Part shown: positions 8,628 to 18,838 of the stretch, in pieces
Layout of the letters: each line of letters starts with the position of its first letter
Position numbering within the stretch: position 1 is the stretch's first letter
DNA from: an uncultured Gemmatimonadaceae bacterium
GTDB lineage: Bacteria > Gemmatimonadota > Gemmatimonadetes > Gemmatimonadales > GWC2-71-9
Length of the DNA: 64,000 nucleotides
NCBI GenBank assembly: GCA_964585655.1
Contig: CAZPER010000011.1
Location: 1,174-65,173 of the forward strand
Direction: 5' to 3'
Position numbers and translations under genes: made by a program
The notes under the pieces: model-generated
The model's input: the letters and a program-made list of their open reading frames with translations, nothing else
The model's database searches: none
Told to the model about the DNA's origin: nothing

Positions 8628-9497
8628 ATGTTCACTTCCCTCCTCGTGGGACTGGATGGCTCCCCCCAGGCCCAGGTGGCGCTGGCGCAGGCGATGGTCA
8701 TCGGACAGCGGTTCCGGTCCCGCATCCTCCTGACGCACATCTCCCTTCCCCCCGGGAAGACCTCGGAGATGTCGCTCGGCGCGCCATGGATGGAGTGGAC
8801 CCCGGGCAACGCCCCCTCGACCCGCCGCGAGCACGACCAGGCCGCCCAGCTCATGCTGGACGACGCCGCCGGCGCGATCCGCCGCGCCGGCCTGGAGGTG
8901 GAGACGGCGTGGCGCGAGGGTGATGTGGTGGAATCGCTGCGGGTGCTGGCGGAGCAGGTCGGCGTGGTCGTGGTGGGGCGTGCCGGCTTCCGCGCCGGGG
9001 GGGACGCGCTCGGCCCCGATACCCGGGAGCTGATCCGCCGCTCGCCGCGGCCGGTGCTGGTCTGCGGCCGGCGACCCACGCCGATGGACCGGGTGCTCGT
9101 AGCCTACGCCGGCGGCCCCGCGAGCGAGGGGGCGCTGGCCTTCGCCGGACGGTTTGCCAGCATCACCGGGGCGCATCTCGACGTGGTGCATGTGGCGGAG
9201 GACGACGAGCGGGGCCGGCAGACGCTGGCGCGGGCGTCGGGGGCGCTCTCCATGGCGCCACTCGACTTCGAGACCCACCTGGTCGAGGGAAAGCTGGAAA
9301 CCGCGATCCCGGCGATGATCGCCAGGCTCGGGGCCGATGCCCTCTTCGCGGGCGCGCACCGGGAGGAGGCGGGGTGGCTCGTGCCATCGCATACCGAGGT
9401 TATCTTGCGGGCGACCGAGATTCCCGTGCTGGTCCACCTGCAGACCACCTCCCCTGGTGCCCGCGTCTCCACTGCCCATCGCCGTACTGCACCTTGA
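8628..9497 (+). CDS. tandem universal stress protein (UspA-family) domain protein
   Basis: Two USP-like halves, LLVGLDGSPQAQVAL... and VLVAYAGGPASEGAL..., each ending in a G..G-type ATP-binding region and an hVLV motif. Confidence 0.8.
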   Translation: MFTSLLVGLDGSPQAQVALAQAMVIGQRFRSRILLTHISLPPGKTSEMSLGAPWMEWTPGNAPSTRREHDQAAQLMLDDAAGAIRRAGLEVETAWREGDVVESLRVLAEQVGVVVVGRAGFRAGGDALGPDTRELIRRSPRPVLVCGRRPTPMDRVLVAYAGGPASEGALAFAGRFASITGAHLDVVHVAEDDERGRQTLARASGALSMAPLDFETHLVEGKLETAIPAMIARLGADALFAGAHREEAGWLVPSHTEVILRATEIPVLVHLQTTSPGARVSTAHRRTAP

Positions 9498-10089
9498 TGA
9501 AAGCTGCCTTGGGAACGGCCAGGACCGCGCCACCCCGGGCGGCGCCGGCGGCCTGATCGAGGCCCGCGCCGGCGGCGCCATCCAGCGCCGCGACTTCCAC
9601 ATTCACGCCCCCGACACCACCAACAACCGCATGGCGCTCGCCGGCGCCATCGCCGCACTGCAGCTCCTGGCCGGCAAGGGCAAGCGGCTCGACGTGCTGC
9701 TGGTCTCGGATTCCGAGTACCTGGTCAAGGGGATGCGGGAGTGGGTGCCGGGCTGGATCGCGCGGGGCTGGACCCGGAAGGGCGGCGCCATCGAGAACCT
9801 TGAGCTGTGGCGGGTGCTGGTGGATTCCGCCCGGCGCCATCGGGTGCAGTTCGGCTGGGTCCGCGGCCACAAGGGGCACCCGAAGAACGAGTACGCCAAT
9901 GATCTCGCCGTCATGGCGGCCACGGAGCAGGTCACCAGCCAGGGCGCGGTCGAGTCCGGCTTCGGTGCGTGGCTGGAGGGAAAACGGAAGCTCGGGCTCT
10001 ACCAGGAGTACGATCCGGACGCGAGCTTTGCCGCGCTGGAGCGGCGGGTGCAGGCGGGAGAATCGTTCCCGATGCGGCTGGAAGAATGA
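9457..10089 (+). CDS. rnhA: ribonuclease HI with a C-terminal extension
   Basis: LHLDESCLGNG, NNRMALAGAIAAL, LLVSDSEYLVKGM and VRGHKGHPKNEYANDLA match the RNase HI catalytic core. The start is uncertain. GTG 9457 is chosen because the core begins there, and it overlaps the USP 3' end by 41 nt. Confidence 0.8.
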   Translation: MPASPLPIAVLHLDESCLGNGQDRATPGGAGGLIEARAGGAIQRRDFHIHAPDTTNNRMALAGAIAALQLLAGKGKRLDVLLVSDSEYLVKGMREWVPGWIARGWTRKGGAIENLELWRVLVDSARRHRVQFGWVRGHKGHPKNEYANDLAVMAATEQVTSQGAVESGFGAWLEGKRKLGLYQEYDPDASFAALERRVQAGESFPMRLEE

Positions 10090-10112
10090 GCCGGGGGCGG
10101 CCGGTAGGAGCT

Positions 10113-10150
10113 GAGCAGTAGGGGCGACCGGCCGGTCGCCCCTGCTGCTC
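10113..10150. terminator. near-perfect 19+19 nt GC-rich palindrome between convergent genes (bidirectional terminator candidate)
   Basis: GAGCAGTAGGGGCGACCGG/CCGGTCGCCCCTGCTGCTC, one G-U position. Lies between the rnhA stop (10089) and the stop of the minus-strand gene (10156). Confidence 0.6.
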
Positions 10151-10155
10151 CGCCC

Positions 10156-11019
10156 CTACGATTGCCGCCGCCGGCCGCCGAAGCCGAGCGTGAGCCGGAC
10201 CCGCCCCGTGACCAGGTCCGAGGGCGCGGAGTAGGCCTCCCCCGAGAGCAGGATCCCATCGGACAGCGCCAGCGTCAGGCCACCGAAGGCGGTGATCCGG
10301 CTGAGGTTCACCTTCACCTTCTGGTCGTTGCGCTGTCCCAGGGAATCGCGATAGCTCACCTGGAAGCGCGGGTGGAGGATGTTGTATCCGCCGCCCACGT
10401 AGGGACGCACCCTCCCCTGCATCAGCGGCACGGTGAATCCCATCTCCACCCCGAAGATGTTGGGCGCGAACTTGTCGTCCGAGGTGGTGCCACCGAAGCA
10501 GGGGCTCGTCGCGTCCTGACTGGCGCCCTCCGGGCAGGTGATCGGCGCCCGGACGCTTCCGATCGTGGCGTGAATCCGGCCGCTGAACATCCCGCCCTTG
10601 GCGTTCATCGGGATGGTCCGCGACAGCGCGAAGCTCCACAGGTTCGGCTTGACCCCCTGGATCCGGACCGGCGGGACCCAGCTCACCTCCATCATGACGC
10701 CATCGCCGAGCACGAATCCCACCCGCGGCCGCGGCAGGACCTGCGCCACATTCCAGTGCTCCGGTCCCGCCGTGGGCCGGCAGCGGACCGGGGTGCGCAG
10801 CCGGGCGGAGGCATCGGGGAGGTAGGCGCCCTCGACGCTCCACTGCACCGAGCCGGGACGGTAGATCCACGGCGCCTGCGCCATGCTGTAGGCCAGCGGG
10901 ACCGAGAAGTGCGCGAAGAGATTCGCCTCGCGGGAGCTGCCGGACGGGCTGCAGTTCCCCTGGGCGGCGAGTGGCGCCCCGATCATGACGCTGCCGAGGA
11001 GAATCGGGAAGGCGCGCAT
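10156..11019 (-). CDS. secreted hypothetical protein (possibly an outer-membrane beta-barrel)
   Basis: Start moved to ATG 11019. Signal peptide MRAFPILLGSVMIGAPLAAQG. Alternating hydrophobic beta-strand-like segments in the C-terminal half. Confidence 0.6.
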   Translation of the reverse strand: MRAFPILLGSVMIGAPLAAQGNCSPSGSSREANLFAHFSVPLAYSMAQAPWIYRPGSVQWSVEGAYLPDASARLRTPVRCRPTAGPEHWNVAQVLPRPRVGFVLGDGVMMEVSWVPPVRIQGVKPNLWSFALSRTIPMNAKGGMFSGRIHATIGSVRAPITCPEGASQDATSPCFGGTTSDDKFAPNIFGVEMGFTVPLMQGRVRPYVGGGYNILHPRFQVSYRDSLGQRNDQKVKVNLSRITAFGGLTLALSDGILLSGEAYSAPSDLVTGRVRLTLGFGGRRRQS

Positions 11020-11071
11020 CGCTGGTCCTTGCTTGACACTGCGGGAAGCCGGCTCTAGTCTCACCTGTGCA

Positions 11072-11872
11072 ATGACCGACCTCGAACGGCTGTTCCGGCG
11101 GCTGGTGGATAACCTAATCGCGATTGACCCGGCACGCCTGCACCGGCCGCTCGCGCTCGGTGACCTGCTTGGCTCCGTCATGCCCTACCGCACCAACCGC
11201 CGCTCCCTCCAGATCGACACCGTCGAGGACTACGAGATGCTGGTGCTCCGTCTCGCGGCCGGCGAAGGGGGCTTCGTGCGGCTGCAGTCGGAGGACATCG
11301 CGCAGGTGTTCCGCGACCAGCTGGAGAGCCCCAACCCCGACCTCGAAGTGCTGCGCGAGCACGCCAGGGCGGACCTCGTCCTCGGTACCGAGCCGCTGGC
11401 GCACGCCCTCGGCCCCGGGCCCGACGAGTCCTACGCGCCCCCCGAGGACGAGTTCGACTTCCCGGTGCTCTCCAGCCCGGGGCCGGACATCGAGCCGGCG
11501 GAGCCGCCAGCCCGCCGCAACCTCGAGCTCTCCACCACTGACGCTCCCCTGCGCCGCACCGACCCCACGCCGCGGCGCACCGAGGCGCCGGTGCGCCCGC
11601 TGTTCACCGCCGAGCCGGTGCTGCCCGCCCCGCCGATGGTTCCACCGCCCCCGCGCATCACCGCCGAGCCGGAGCCCGCCCCCGCCCGGAGCCGCGACTC
11701 CGGCGCCCGTTGCGGCTTCTGCGGTGGGCACCTGCCCGCGGGCCGCACGGTGCACTTCTGCCCCCACTGCGGCCAGAACCAGAGCTTCACCCGCTGCCCC
11801 GAGTGCCAGGCGGAACTCGAGCTGGGGTGGAAGCACTGCATCGGCTGCGGCCACCCCGTCGGCGAGGGATAG
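11072..11872 (+). CDS. double zinc-ribbon domain protein with a Pro-rich linker
   Basis: Start at ATG 11072 (MTDLERLF). C-terminus CGFCGGHL...FCPHCGQN...RCPECQAEL...HCIGCGHP gives four CxxC pairs. Low-complexity Pro/Glu linker. Confidence 0.65.
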   Translation: MTDLERLFRRLVDNLIAIDPARLHRPLALGDLLGSVMPYRTNRRSLQIDTVEDYEMLVLRLAAGEGGFVRLQSEDIAQVFRDQLESPNPDLEVLREHARADLVLGTEPLAHALGPGPDESYAPPEDEFDFPVLSSPGPDIEPAEPPARRNLELSTTDAPLRRTDPTPRRTEAPVRPLFTAEPVLPAPPMVPPPPRITAEPEPAPARSRDSGARCGFCGGHLPAGRTVHFCPHCGQNQSFTRCPECQAELELGWKHCIGCGHPVGEG

Positions 11873-11965
11873 CCGGGGCTGTCACCTCCAGCCCGATGCC
11901 TCCGTAGGGCACCCGCCGCCCGGGGCACTCCCGCCGGGCATACACTTCTCTTACACCCGCGACCC

Positions 11966-12526
11966 ATGACACTGCGACACCTGATCCTGCCGCTGGCACT
12001 CCTCATCCCTTCCGTCGCCACCGCAGCACTTGGCGCCCAGGCCGCGCCGGCCCCGGCGACCGCCCCCCAGCCCGCCGCCAACCCCGCCGATGTCGCCTCC
12101 GAAGACGCGATCATCGCGGCGCTCTATGACGTGATCTCGGGCCCCGCCGGCCAGAAGCGCAACTGGGACCGGATGCGCTCCCTGTTCCAGCCGGGGGCGC
12201 GCCTGATTCCCACCTTCAAGGCGCAGGACGGAAGCTGGCAGCAGCGCACCTGGACGGTGGACGAATACATCACCACGGCCGGCGCCACGCTGGAGCAGCG
12301 CGGCTTCTTCGAGATCGAGGCGGCGCGCAAGACCGAGCGCTTCGGCAACATGGTGCAGGCCTGGAGCACGTACGAAAGCCGCTGGAAGCCGGAGGACGAG
12401 AAGCCGTTCCAGCGCGGGATCAACAGCATCCAGATGCGGTACGACGGCACGCGCTGGTGGATCGTCACCGTGTTCTGGCAGGGAGAAACACCGGAGCATC
12501 CGATCCCCGAGAGGTACCTCAAGTAG
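11966..12526 (+). CDS. secreted NTF2/SnoaL-like fold protein
   Basis: Signal peptide MTLRHLILPLALLIPSVATAALGAQA. The mature part has the DAIIAALYDVISG...W.IV..FW pattern seen in DUF4440/SnoaL-like proteins. Confidence 0.6.
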   Translation: MTLRHLILPLALLIPSVATAALGAQAAPAPATAPQPAANPADVASEDAIIAALYDVISGPAGQKRNWDRMRSLFQPGARLIPTFKAQDGSWQQRTWTVDEYITTAGATLEQRGFFEIEAARKTERFGNMVQAWSTYESRWKPEDEKPFQRGINSIQMRYDGTRWWIVTVFWQGETPEHPIPERYLK

Positions 12527-12557
12527 CGGCCCCGACTGCCCCAAACTCCGCCCGCCC

Positions 12558-12587
12558 GGGTTGGGTGGCCAACCAGCCGCCCAACCC
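12558..12587 (+). terminator. stem-loop downstream of the NTF2-like gene
   Basis: GGGTTGGGTGGC-caacca-GCCGCCCAACCC (12 bp, one G-U), followed by GTTGTTG. Confidence 0.5.
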
Positions 12588-12684
12588 GTTGTTGCGTATG
12601 AACTTCCCCCTGCTCGACTTCACACCTGTCTCCCGGCGATATTTCGGGCCCTGAACCGTCCCTTCCTTATATAGGGAGCCCGCA

Positions 12685-13890
12685 ATGCCCACTCAGGGGC
12701 ACCCGGCCGACGTCTTCATCCTGAGCGGCGTACGCACCGGCTTCGGCAGCTTCGGCGGCACGCTCAAGGATCTCTCCGCCACCGACCTCGGCGTGCACGC
12801 CGCGAAGGGCGCCATCGAGCGCGCCGGGATCCAGCCCGCCGACATCGATCACGTGGTCTTCGGCAACGCGCTGCAAACCAGCGCCGACGCGATCTACCTG
12901 GCGCGGCATGTGGCGCTCCGGAGCGGCTGCCCCGTGGAGACTCCCGCCGTCACGGTGAACCGGCTCTGCGGCTCGGGGTTCGAGGCCATCATCCAGGGCG
13001 CCCAGCAGATTCTGTTAGGCGAATCCGCCGCGGTGCTGGCGGGCGGGGCCGAATCGATGAGCCAGGCCCCGCACGTGGTGCGCGGCGCCCGCTGGGGCAT
13101 CCGGCTCGGGCCGCCCGCCCCGCTCGAGGATGCGCTGTGGGAGGCGCTCAAGGACAGCCAGTGCGGACTCTCCATGGCGGAGACCGCCGAGAAGCTGGCG
13201 ACGCAGTACGGGCTGGCACGGAGCGCGGTGGACGAGGTCGCCCTGCTGAGCCAGCAGCGCGCCCGGGAGGCCTGGGGCTCCGGCGACTACCGTGACGAGG
13301 TCATCCCGGTGCCGATCTCCAACCGGAAGACGAAGCAGGCGGAGCCGTGGGCGGCCGATGAGCACATGCGGCCCGACACCACCGCGGAGGCACTGGCCAA
13401 ACTGCCACCCTACTTCCGGAAGGATGGCGTCGTCACCGCCGGCAACGCGTCCGGCATCTCCGACGGCGCCGCCGCGCTGGTCGTCGCGGGGTCGGCAGCC
13501 GTGAGGGCGCGGGGCTGGAAGCCGATCGGTCGAATCGTGGCATGGGCCACCGCCGGCGTGGATCCCAGCATCATGGGCATCGGCCCGGCGCCGGCGGCGC
13601 GCAAGGCGCTCCAGAAGGCCGGCATGACCCTCCCCCAGATGGACCTGATCGAAGTGAACGAGGCCTTCGCGGCGCAGTATCTCGCGGTGGAAAAGGAACT
13701 GGGCCTCGACCGGGGGCGCACCAACGTTGAAGGCGGCGCGATCGCGCTGGGGCACCCGCTGGCCGCCAGCGGCGCCCGCCTCACCCTGCACCTGGTGCAT
13801 GCCCTGCGGCGCACCGGCAAGCGGTTCGGCCTGGCCAGCGCCTGCATCGGTGGCGGCCAGGGGCAGGCCGTGATCGTCGAGGCTCTCTGA
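12685..13890 (+). CDS. acetyl-CoA C-acetyltransferase (thiolase II)
   Basis: VNRLCGSGFEAI (active-site Cys), NEAFAAQ, GGAIALGHPLAASG and CIGGGQG motifs. AGGGAG RBS upstream. Confidence 0.93.
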   Translation: MPTQGHPADVFILSGVRTGFGSFGGTLKDLSATDLGVHAAKGAIERAGIQPADIDHVVFGNALQTSADAIYLARHVALRSGCPVETPAVTVNRLCGSGFEAIIQGAQQILLGESAAVLAGGAESMSQAPHVVRGARWGIRLGPPAPLEDALWEALKDSQCGLSMAETAEKLATQYGLARSAVDEVALLSQQRAREAWGSGDYRDEVIPVPISNRKTKQAEPWAADEHMRPDTTAEALAKLPPYFRKDGVVTAGNASGISDGAAALVVAGSAAVRARGWKPIGRIVAWATAGVDPSIMGIGPAPAARKALQKAGMTLPQMDLIEVNEAFAAQYLAVEKELGLDRGRTNVEGGAIALGHPLAASGARLTLHLVHALRRTGKRFGLASACIGGGQGQAVIVEAL

Positions 13891-14716
13891 TGCCCGGCGA
13901 TCTCCCCGCCCGGATCGACCGCGCGGCCATCGAGCGGATCATCCAGCGCGCCACGGAACTGCAGACCGGCGAGCGGGATATCTCGGACGGCATGAGCGCC
14001 GACGAGGTCGTGGGGCTCGGGAAGGAGGTCGGCATCCCGGAGCGGTACCTCCGGCAGGCCATCCTCGAGGAGCATGGCCGGGTGGAGGCGCCCGCGGCCC
14101 GCGGACTCCTCGACAAGACCTTCGGCCCCGCCACCGTCGCGGCCCAGCGGGTGGTGGCCGGGACGCCGGACGAGGTGACTCTGCGGCTGCGCGAGTACCT
14201 GGAGCGGGAAGAGGTGCTCACCATCCAGCGGGAGCTGCCGGGGCGCATCACCTGGGAGCCGCTCCGCGGCATCGAGGCGGTGCTGCGCCGCTCCACCGCG
14301 GCGTTCGGCGGCCGCAAGGCGCTGATGCTCAACAATGCTCAACTGGTGACGGCCACCGTCACCGCGCTCGAACCGGGCTACTGCCACGTGAGCCTGACCG
14401 CCGACCTCGGCAGCACGAGGCAGGGGTTCATTATCGGCGTCGCGGCAACGGGCTTCGTCGGCGGGAGCGCGGCGGTGGTGCTCGGCGTGCTCTCCCCCCT
14501 GGCGTGGCTGCCGGCCGCGCCGCTGGTACTCGCCGCAGGGATCGCCTACATCGTGAAGGGGCAGTACCGGCCCGCGGCTGAACGTGCCCTCCTCGGGGTG
14601 GAGCGGGCGCTGGACCATGTGGAGCGGGGCAAGATCAAGCCCGCGCACCAGCTCGGCCCCGGGGCACCCGGGGTGCTCGGCTCCATCCTCGAGGAAGTCC
14701 GCAAGGCAATCAAGCC

Positions 14717-14720
<4 letters not shown>
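13890..14720 (+). CDS. hypothetical membrane protein embedded in the thiolase/hbd operon
   Basis: ATG 13890 overlaps the thiolase TGA, and its own TGA overlaps the next ATG (14717). Soluble N-terminal half, then two hydrophobic helices (FIIGVAATGFVGGSAAVVLGVL, LPAAPLVLAAGIAYIV). Confidence 0.65.
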
Positions 14721-15581
<861 letters not shown>

Positions 15582-15589
<8 letters not shown>

Positions 15590-16070
15590 GGGCCTTGTGA
15601 CACGACGCATCCTGCTGCTCCTGCTCCTCGCCGCCTGCAGCCCCTTCACCACCCGCCCCTATTTTCCCCCGGTGACCGGCGCCGCCCAGGCGGAGATCGA
15701 GCTCGACCTGGAGGACGCGACCGAGACGCTCGCCGCGGTGCTCCGATCCGATTCACTCCCCGTGACCCAGGTGGAACTGCGGGACGGCTACATCGAGACC
15801 GCCTGGTTCGACGCCAACACCAAGGCGCCCACCGACGCCCGGCGACTTGGCCCCGACGTGGTCCAGATCCGGGCCTGGGTGGACCCGAGCCGGCAGGGCT
15901 ACAGCGTGCTCACCGTCGAAACCGTCTACCGCCCCCTTGCCGACCCGAGCCTCTCCCCACGCGATCTCGACCGCCAGGTTCCTCCGGACCATGTCGTCGG
16001 CAAGCGGGTGACGGAGATCGTCACCGAGCTGGCCCGGCTGTACTCCAGCGAGGCGCCGCCCGCGCCGTGA
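15582..16070 (+). CDS. hypothetical lipoprotein
   Basis: ATG 15582 (or GTG 15597). Lipobox LLLLAAC-S. No recognisable domain. Confidence 0.55.
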
Positions 16071-16079
16071 GGGGCTGAC

Positions 16080-17168
16080 GTGGAAGCCTCCGCCGCTCCG
16101 GCCGCCGCGCGGACGGCGCCACCCGGGGTGGATGCCGGATCGGACTGGGCGTTCTGCCGGGCCATCCTCCCCCGGGTCTCCCGCACCTTTGCGCTCGGCA
16201 TCCGGCTGTTGCCGGCGGAGCTGTCGCGGCCGGTGGCGGTGGCGTACCTGATCTGCCGGATCGCGGACACCGCGGAGGACCATCCCGCCCTCTCCGTGGA
16301 CGCGCGCCGCGCCCTGCTGGCAGAAGTGGACCGGGCCCTCAGCGATCCGGCAGCGACCTTTACCGGCATCCGGGCCGTAACCTGGCCCGATGACCTCGAC
16401 CTCGGCGGCCTGATGGGGGAGGCGGACCGGGTACTGCGGGAGTTCCGGCGGCTCCCACCCGGGGACCAGGCGGCGGTGACGCCTTGGGTGCAGGAGATGG
16501 TGCGGGGCATGGCCAGCTGCCTGCGTCCGCCGAGCGGTGGCCCGGCGCCGCTCCTCGATACCCTGGCGGAGCTCCGCCGCTACTGCTGGTATGTGGCGGG
16601 CACGGTCGGTCACCTGCTCACGGCTCTCTTCACCCGGCACATCGGCGGCATCGGCGCCGCCCGCCTGGAACGGCTGGAGCGGCTGGCGCCGCAGTTCGGG
16701 CTCGGCCTCCAGCTCACCAACATCATCCGGGACATCGCCGACGATCACCGCCATGGCCGGAGCTTCATCCCAGTCGAGCTGTGGCAGGGGGCGGGGATCG
16801 CTCCGGAGCAGTTCGGCAAACCCGAGGCGGCCCGGCAGGCGTGGGCCATGGTGGAGCCGCTGCTGGCCGAGACGGAGCGCTGCCTCGAGGATGCGCTCGA
16901 CTATTCAACCGCCCTCCCCCGCCACGCCATCCGGGTGCGGGTGTTCTGCCTGACCAGCCTCTTCTTCGCCTGCCGGACGATCGCCCTGATCCACGCCCAG
17001 CCGGCCCGGCTGGTCGGAGGAGAGCGGATCAAGATGCCGCGCAGCGAGGTCTACGCGATCCTGCTCGCCACCGCGCTGCTTGCCCCCTGCAACTGGGCGC
17101 TCCGGCTCTACTACCGGCGGCTGATCGGCGGCCCGCGGCCCGGAGCGGCCGCGCTGGACCGGCCGTGA
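16080..17168 (+). CDS. squalene/phytoene synthase family protein
   Basis: GTG start. VSRTFALGIRLLP, AYLICRIADTAED (Asp-rich motif 1) and NIIRDIADD (Asp-rich motif 2) are typical of trans-isoprenyl diphosphate synthases of the SQS/PSY family. Confidence 0.82.
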   Translation: MEASAAPAAARTAPPGVDAGSDWAFCRAILPRVSRTFALGIRLLPAELSRPVAVAYLICRIADTAEDHPALSVDARRALLAEVDRALSDPAATFTGIRAVTWPDDLDLGGLMGEADRVLREFRRLPPGDQAAVTPWVQEMVRGMASCLRPPSGGPAPLLDTLAELRRYCWYVAGTVGHLLTALFTRHIGGIGAARLERLERLAPQFGLGLQLTNIIRDIADDHRHGRSFIPVELWQGAGIAPEQFGKPEAARQAWAMVEPLLAETERCLEDALDYSTALPRHAIRVRVFCLTSLFFACRTIALIHAQPARLVGGERIKMPRSEVYAILLATALLAPCNWALRLYYRRLIGGPRPGAAALDRP

Positions 17169-18838
17169 GTGCCACGGGCACCCCGGCGCTCCACACCGAG
17201 CCGCGGGTACGCGCCGCCTACTCCGAGGGCGCGGGGATCTACCGCGTGGTGCCACAGGCGGTGGCACTCCCCGCCTCCGTGGAAGAGCTCACCGCCCTGA
17301 TCCGGTGGGCCCGCGAGACCGGCACCCCCCTCACCGCGCGCGGCGCCGGCAGCGGGATTCCGGGGAACGCCGTGGGCTCCGGGGTGCTGGTGGACCTCCG
17401 GGAACGGATGCCCCGCCGGCTCGAGCTCGATGCCGCCGGCGCCACTGCCATCACCAGCGCCAACATCACCCAGCAGGAACTGAACGAGGCCGCCCGTCCC
17501 CACGGCCTCCGCCTCCCCCCTGACCCCTCGAGCAGCCGGTGGGCCACCCTCGGCGGTATGGTCGCCACCAATGCCGCCGGCGCGCGCACGGTGCGGTATG
17601 GGCCGGCCCGGGCGTGGGTGGCGGGGGTGGAGATTGTCACCGCGGATGGGGAGCTCGGGTGGGTGGAGCGGGAAGGGAGGACGACGGGAGGACGGGACGA
17701 CCGGACGCTGGCCGCCATTCGGAGGTTCGAGCGGGAGGCCGCGCCGGCGATCCGCGCCGCCGCGGATCTGGTCCGGGCCCGATTCCCCAAGGTGCGGAAG
17801 AACACCGCGGGCTATGCCCTGGACCGGTGGCTCGACTCCGGCGATGACCTGGACCTGCTGATCGGCTCCGAGGGGACGCTGGCGTTCATCACCACGATCC
17901 GCTGGCGACTGGCGCCGATCGCGCGGGCCCGGACCGGACTGCGGGTCTCGCTCCGGTCGCTTGACGACCTGGAAGAGGCGGTGCGGGCGCTGGTGGCACT
18001 CGATCCCTCCGCGGTGGAGCTGCTCGACCGGACCTTCCTGGACCTGGTCGGCATGGCAGGAGGCCAGCTCGCCGCCCCCCCAATTGCCCAATCGCCCAAT
18101 CGCCCGGTCGCCGAGGCCATTCTCCTCGTTGAATTCGAACGGGAGACCGACGCCGCGGCCCGCGGTGTGGTCGGGGACGCGGTCCGGGCGGTCGGCGGCC
18201 TCGCCACCGATGTGGAGACCGCCCTTACCCCCGAGGAGGAGCACCGGCTCTGGGCGCTGCGCCACGCGGCGAGCCCGATCCTGGCCAGCCTGCCGCCGGG
18301 GCGGCGCTCGCTGCAGGTGATCGAGGATGGCTGCGTCCCCCTCCCCCGGCTGGGCGAGTATGTGCGGGCCATCCGGGAGGCCGCCGCCCGGCAGGAGATC
18401 GCCGTGGTGATCTTCGGCCATGCGGGGGATGGCAACGTGCACGTGAACGCGCTGCCGGAGGTCGGGCGCCCCGACTGGCTCACCCGGGTGGGGGAGCTGT
18501 ACCGGGAGGTGAGCGACGCGGCGATCCGGCTGGGTGGCACCGTCAGCGGCGAGCACGGCGATGGCCGGCTGCGGGCGCCGCTGCTCGAGGCCCAGTACGG
18601 TCCCGAGGTCATGGCCCTGATGCGTGGGGTCAAGACGGCGTTTGATCAGGATGGTATCTTGAACCCCGGCGTGAAGCTCGAAGCCGGGCTCGCCCCCCTC
18701 GCCGCGCTCAAGCTGGGCCCCGATGCCGCGCCGATTCCGGACGATATCGGCCGGGCGCTCCGGGAGATCGAACGGACCGGGGGATACGCCCGGAGCAGGC
18801 TCGAGATCGCCGGTACTGAGGGGAACGGGGAACAGTGA
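17165..18838 (+). CDS. FAD-linked oxidase (GlcD / FAD_binding_4 family)
   Basis: Real start GTG 17165 overlaps the upstream TGA (GTGA). RGAGSGIPGNAV, GGMVATNAAG, and a C-terminal GGTVSGEHGDGRLR...FDQDGILNPG motif typical of GlcD-like oxidases. The upstream part of the track ORF (16484-17164) is a shadow of the preceding gene. Confidence 0.88.
   Translation: MSATGTPALHTEPRVRAAYSEGAGIYRVVPQAVALPASVEELTALIRWARETGTPLTARGAGSGIPGNAVGSGVLVDLRERMPRRLELDAAGATAITSANITQQELNEAARPHGLRLPPDPSSSRWATLGGMVATNAAGARTVRYGPARAWVAGVEIVTADGELGWVEREGRTTGGRDDRTLAAIRRFEREAAPAIRAAADLVRARFPKVRKNTAGYALDRWLDSGDDLDLLIGSEGTLAFITTIRWRLAPIARARTGLRVSLRSLDDLEEAVRALVALDPSAVELLDRTFLDLVGMAGGQLAAPPIAQSPNRPVAEAILLVEFERETDAAARGVVGDAVRAVGGLATDVETALTPEEEHRLWALRHAASPILASLPPGRRSLQVIEDGCVPLPRLGEYVRAIREAAARQEIAVVIFGHAGDGNVHVNALPEVGRPDWLTRVGELYREVSDAAIRLGGTVSGEHGDGRLRAPLLEAQYGPEVMALMRGVKTAFDQDGILNPGVKLEAGLAPLAALKLGPDAAPIPDDIGRALREIERTGGYARSRLEIAGTEGNGEQ

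Noticed and set aside
16484-17164. N-terminal 227-aa extension of the FAD-linked oxidase ORF
   Set aside because: It overlaps the squalene/phytoene-synthase-like gene in another frame and is R/P/G-rich. Oxidase homology starts near GTG 17165, which forms a GTGA overlap with the upstream stop.
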